This document shows positions 62,505 to 64,000 of a stretch of DNA of 64,000 nt, in pieces. Within the stretch, counting starts at the first letter, position 1; each line of letters opens with the position of its first letter. Source of the DNA: Felis catus (taxonomy: Eukaryota); assembly GCF_018350175.1 (NCBI RefSeq), contig NC_058368.1, positions 76,508,001 through 76,572,000 on the forward strand, in the 5' to 3' direction. The translations under genes and the position numbers were made by a program. The notes under the pieces were generated by a model, which was not told the DNA's origin, did no database searches, and saw only the letters and a program-made list of their open reading frames with translations.

Positions 62505-64000
62505 CTCTCTCTCTCAAAAATAAATAAACATTTAAAAAAAAATAGGGTTTCATGGGTCAGATACAAACTGATAGGAAGTAGTGAATTCCCAGACTGTCCC
62601 CATTTCACTCACTCTGTCTCTTCTTTTCACTCACATCACTCTCATATGTGATGTTGTTTATCACATACCCTTTGCTGAGAATTGAGTAAATGGGGGTGCA
62701 CAATAGTAAACAGTGATTTTTCTGCCACCTAAGATGTTCCCAGCTAGTGGGAGAGACAATCAGGTTTAAGAGGCATCACAGCATTTTGTCATACTGGCCA
62801 TGAGAAACGATGTAACGTGTTTGGGCAGCAAATTGGAGAGGCAGCCGAAGGGCAGTAGACGGTTGCTGTATCTCCAGCATCCATCCTGTGTCTGGAGACA
62901 GCATCCTTCTTTGATCTGAAAGCTGCCCCACCGTCCGCTGAAGCCACCCTCCTAGCTCTGGGCCTCCCCCCATTCCCCACCGCAGTGGGCGGATAGCCCC
63001 AAAATGGCCTCCATCCTCCTGGCCACAGTGTTTGGTCCAGGATGAGTAGACGACCAATGTGAAACACTTCTTGAGATTTTCTTCACAGACGCTCAAAGAG
63101 AAAAGCCATAATGTTAGCCAATGAACGTGCATTTTTTCTTACATTTCCTTGAATCGGGCTTTGTTCACCCACAACCGAATGAATCTTACCTGGCACAGAG
63201 GCATTCTAGGAAGAAAACAACCAGGGATGGCAAGAACGTGGTACCTTCATGGTGCAGCTAATAGAGAAAAGAGACATTTGTCCTCTTCCACCCAACCCCT
63301 CACTTTGCCCATATTGTTTTCACAGTTTGACGCTGACATTTTAACCCCGTCGCTTTTTCTGTGTCCTGCCAAGACCTGGACTGTAAGTATGCAGTGGATG
63401 CAATGGTAGGATGTGCACAAAAGAAATCGATGACCGAAACAAACGGATCATCCGACCATTCTGGACAATCTTGGAACACCTGTGAGAATCGTTTCATATA
63501 GTCCCCTGAATTAAATAAAGGCACATGTAATAAGGTTTTCATCCAATTCATAATAAACAAATGTTGAAGACTATAATGAACAAGATTAAAAATTTAATAA
63601 GGGCTCAACCTAGACATGGAAAAAATTTGAATCTAAAAATTTCACCAAGAGAAACACAGACTTGGTAGAAATGACAGGCACACCGTGCATCGTACAATGG
63701 AAGAAAATGGAATTCGAAATTTTAATTTTGTGAAATAATATTCTAAGTACTCTGATACAGGGATGCCTGATCAATAAATCAAATATCAAGTATAAAATGA
63801 ACACAGATATAATTTTCCCAATGAGATTGTTTCAATTAGAAGAGTCAAAATAAACTGTATACAGTTCAATTGTGTTACATAAACATTTAGACAGGCAGTA
63901 ATTTGGTTTACTGTATCAGCAAGAGAGAATATCCTCTCAGCAAAACTCACCTTGAAGTTAATTCAGTGGGATTAGAAGCTATTGATTCCATATGTACATC

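Larger units (their letters stand above)
61477..62541 (+). mobile_element. Can-SINE (Fc2-like) split into 61477-61657 and 62505-62541 by an LTR
   Basis: TSD aatagggtttc at 61466-61476 and 62541-62551; CT tract and A tail resume after the LTR. Confidence 0.92.
59851..64000 (-). other. Candidate exons (>64000-63951, 63505-63304, 63257-63190, 60130-59851) of an unidentified transcript entering from the right
   Basis: Donors AAG|gtgagt, AAA|gtgagg, CAG|gtaaga and CCG|gtaagg, with pyrimidine-rich acceptors for the three complete units; no continuous joined ORF. Confidence 0.3.

Noticed and set aside
63325-63390. LTPSLFLC..PGL resembles bornavirus N; also a possible plus-strand 9- or 57-nt exon
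   Set aside because: The match needs a frameshift, the flanks do not align, and a single splice pair is within chance.
1-64000. tRNA, rRNA, miRNA, snoRNA genes or CRISPR arrays
   Set aside because: tRNA-like boxes belong to SINE heads; partial miRNA-like matches (e.g. tgtaaacatc ~19545) do not extend; no repeat-spacer array is present.

Overview
This is mammalian genomic DNA from a cat-family (felid) genome, inferred from about 37 tRNA-derived Can-SINEs of SINEC_Fc/Fc2/Fc3 type and a carnivore-type L1 3' end. I could not confidently identify any protein-coding gene, and most ORFs in the track derive from SINE, L1, L2 or LTR sequence. The window is repeat-rich non-coding DNA. It has one CpG-island-like promoter (~11.8-12.85 kb), a chain of minus-strand exon-like units at 1-4.9 kb (unidentified gene, lncRNA or decayed coding gene), and further minus-strand exon-like units at 59.8-64 kb. 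There are two TE-poor, CpG-retaining, enhancer-like blocks (33.4-36.8 kb and 46.6-50.4 kb), a strong CTCF motif and a 132-N gap. The most unusual structure is at 61.5-62.5 kb: an ERV1-like solo LTR inserted into a feliform SINE, whose U3 carries about 0.5 kb of host-like DNA including a complete ancient MER5A. This age inversion implies capture of host DNA. TE subfamily names come from recalled consensus features, not from a database search, and boundaries of old elements are approximate.
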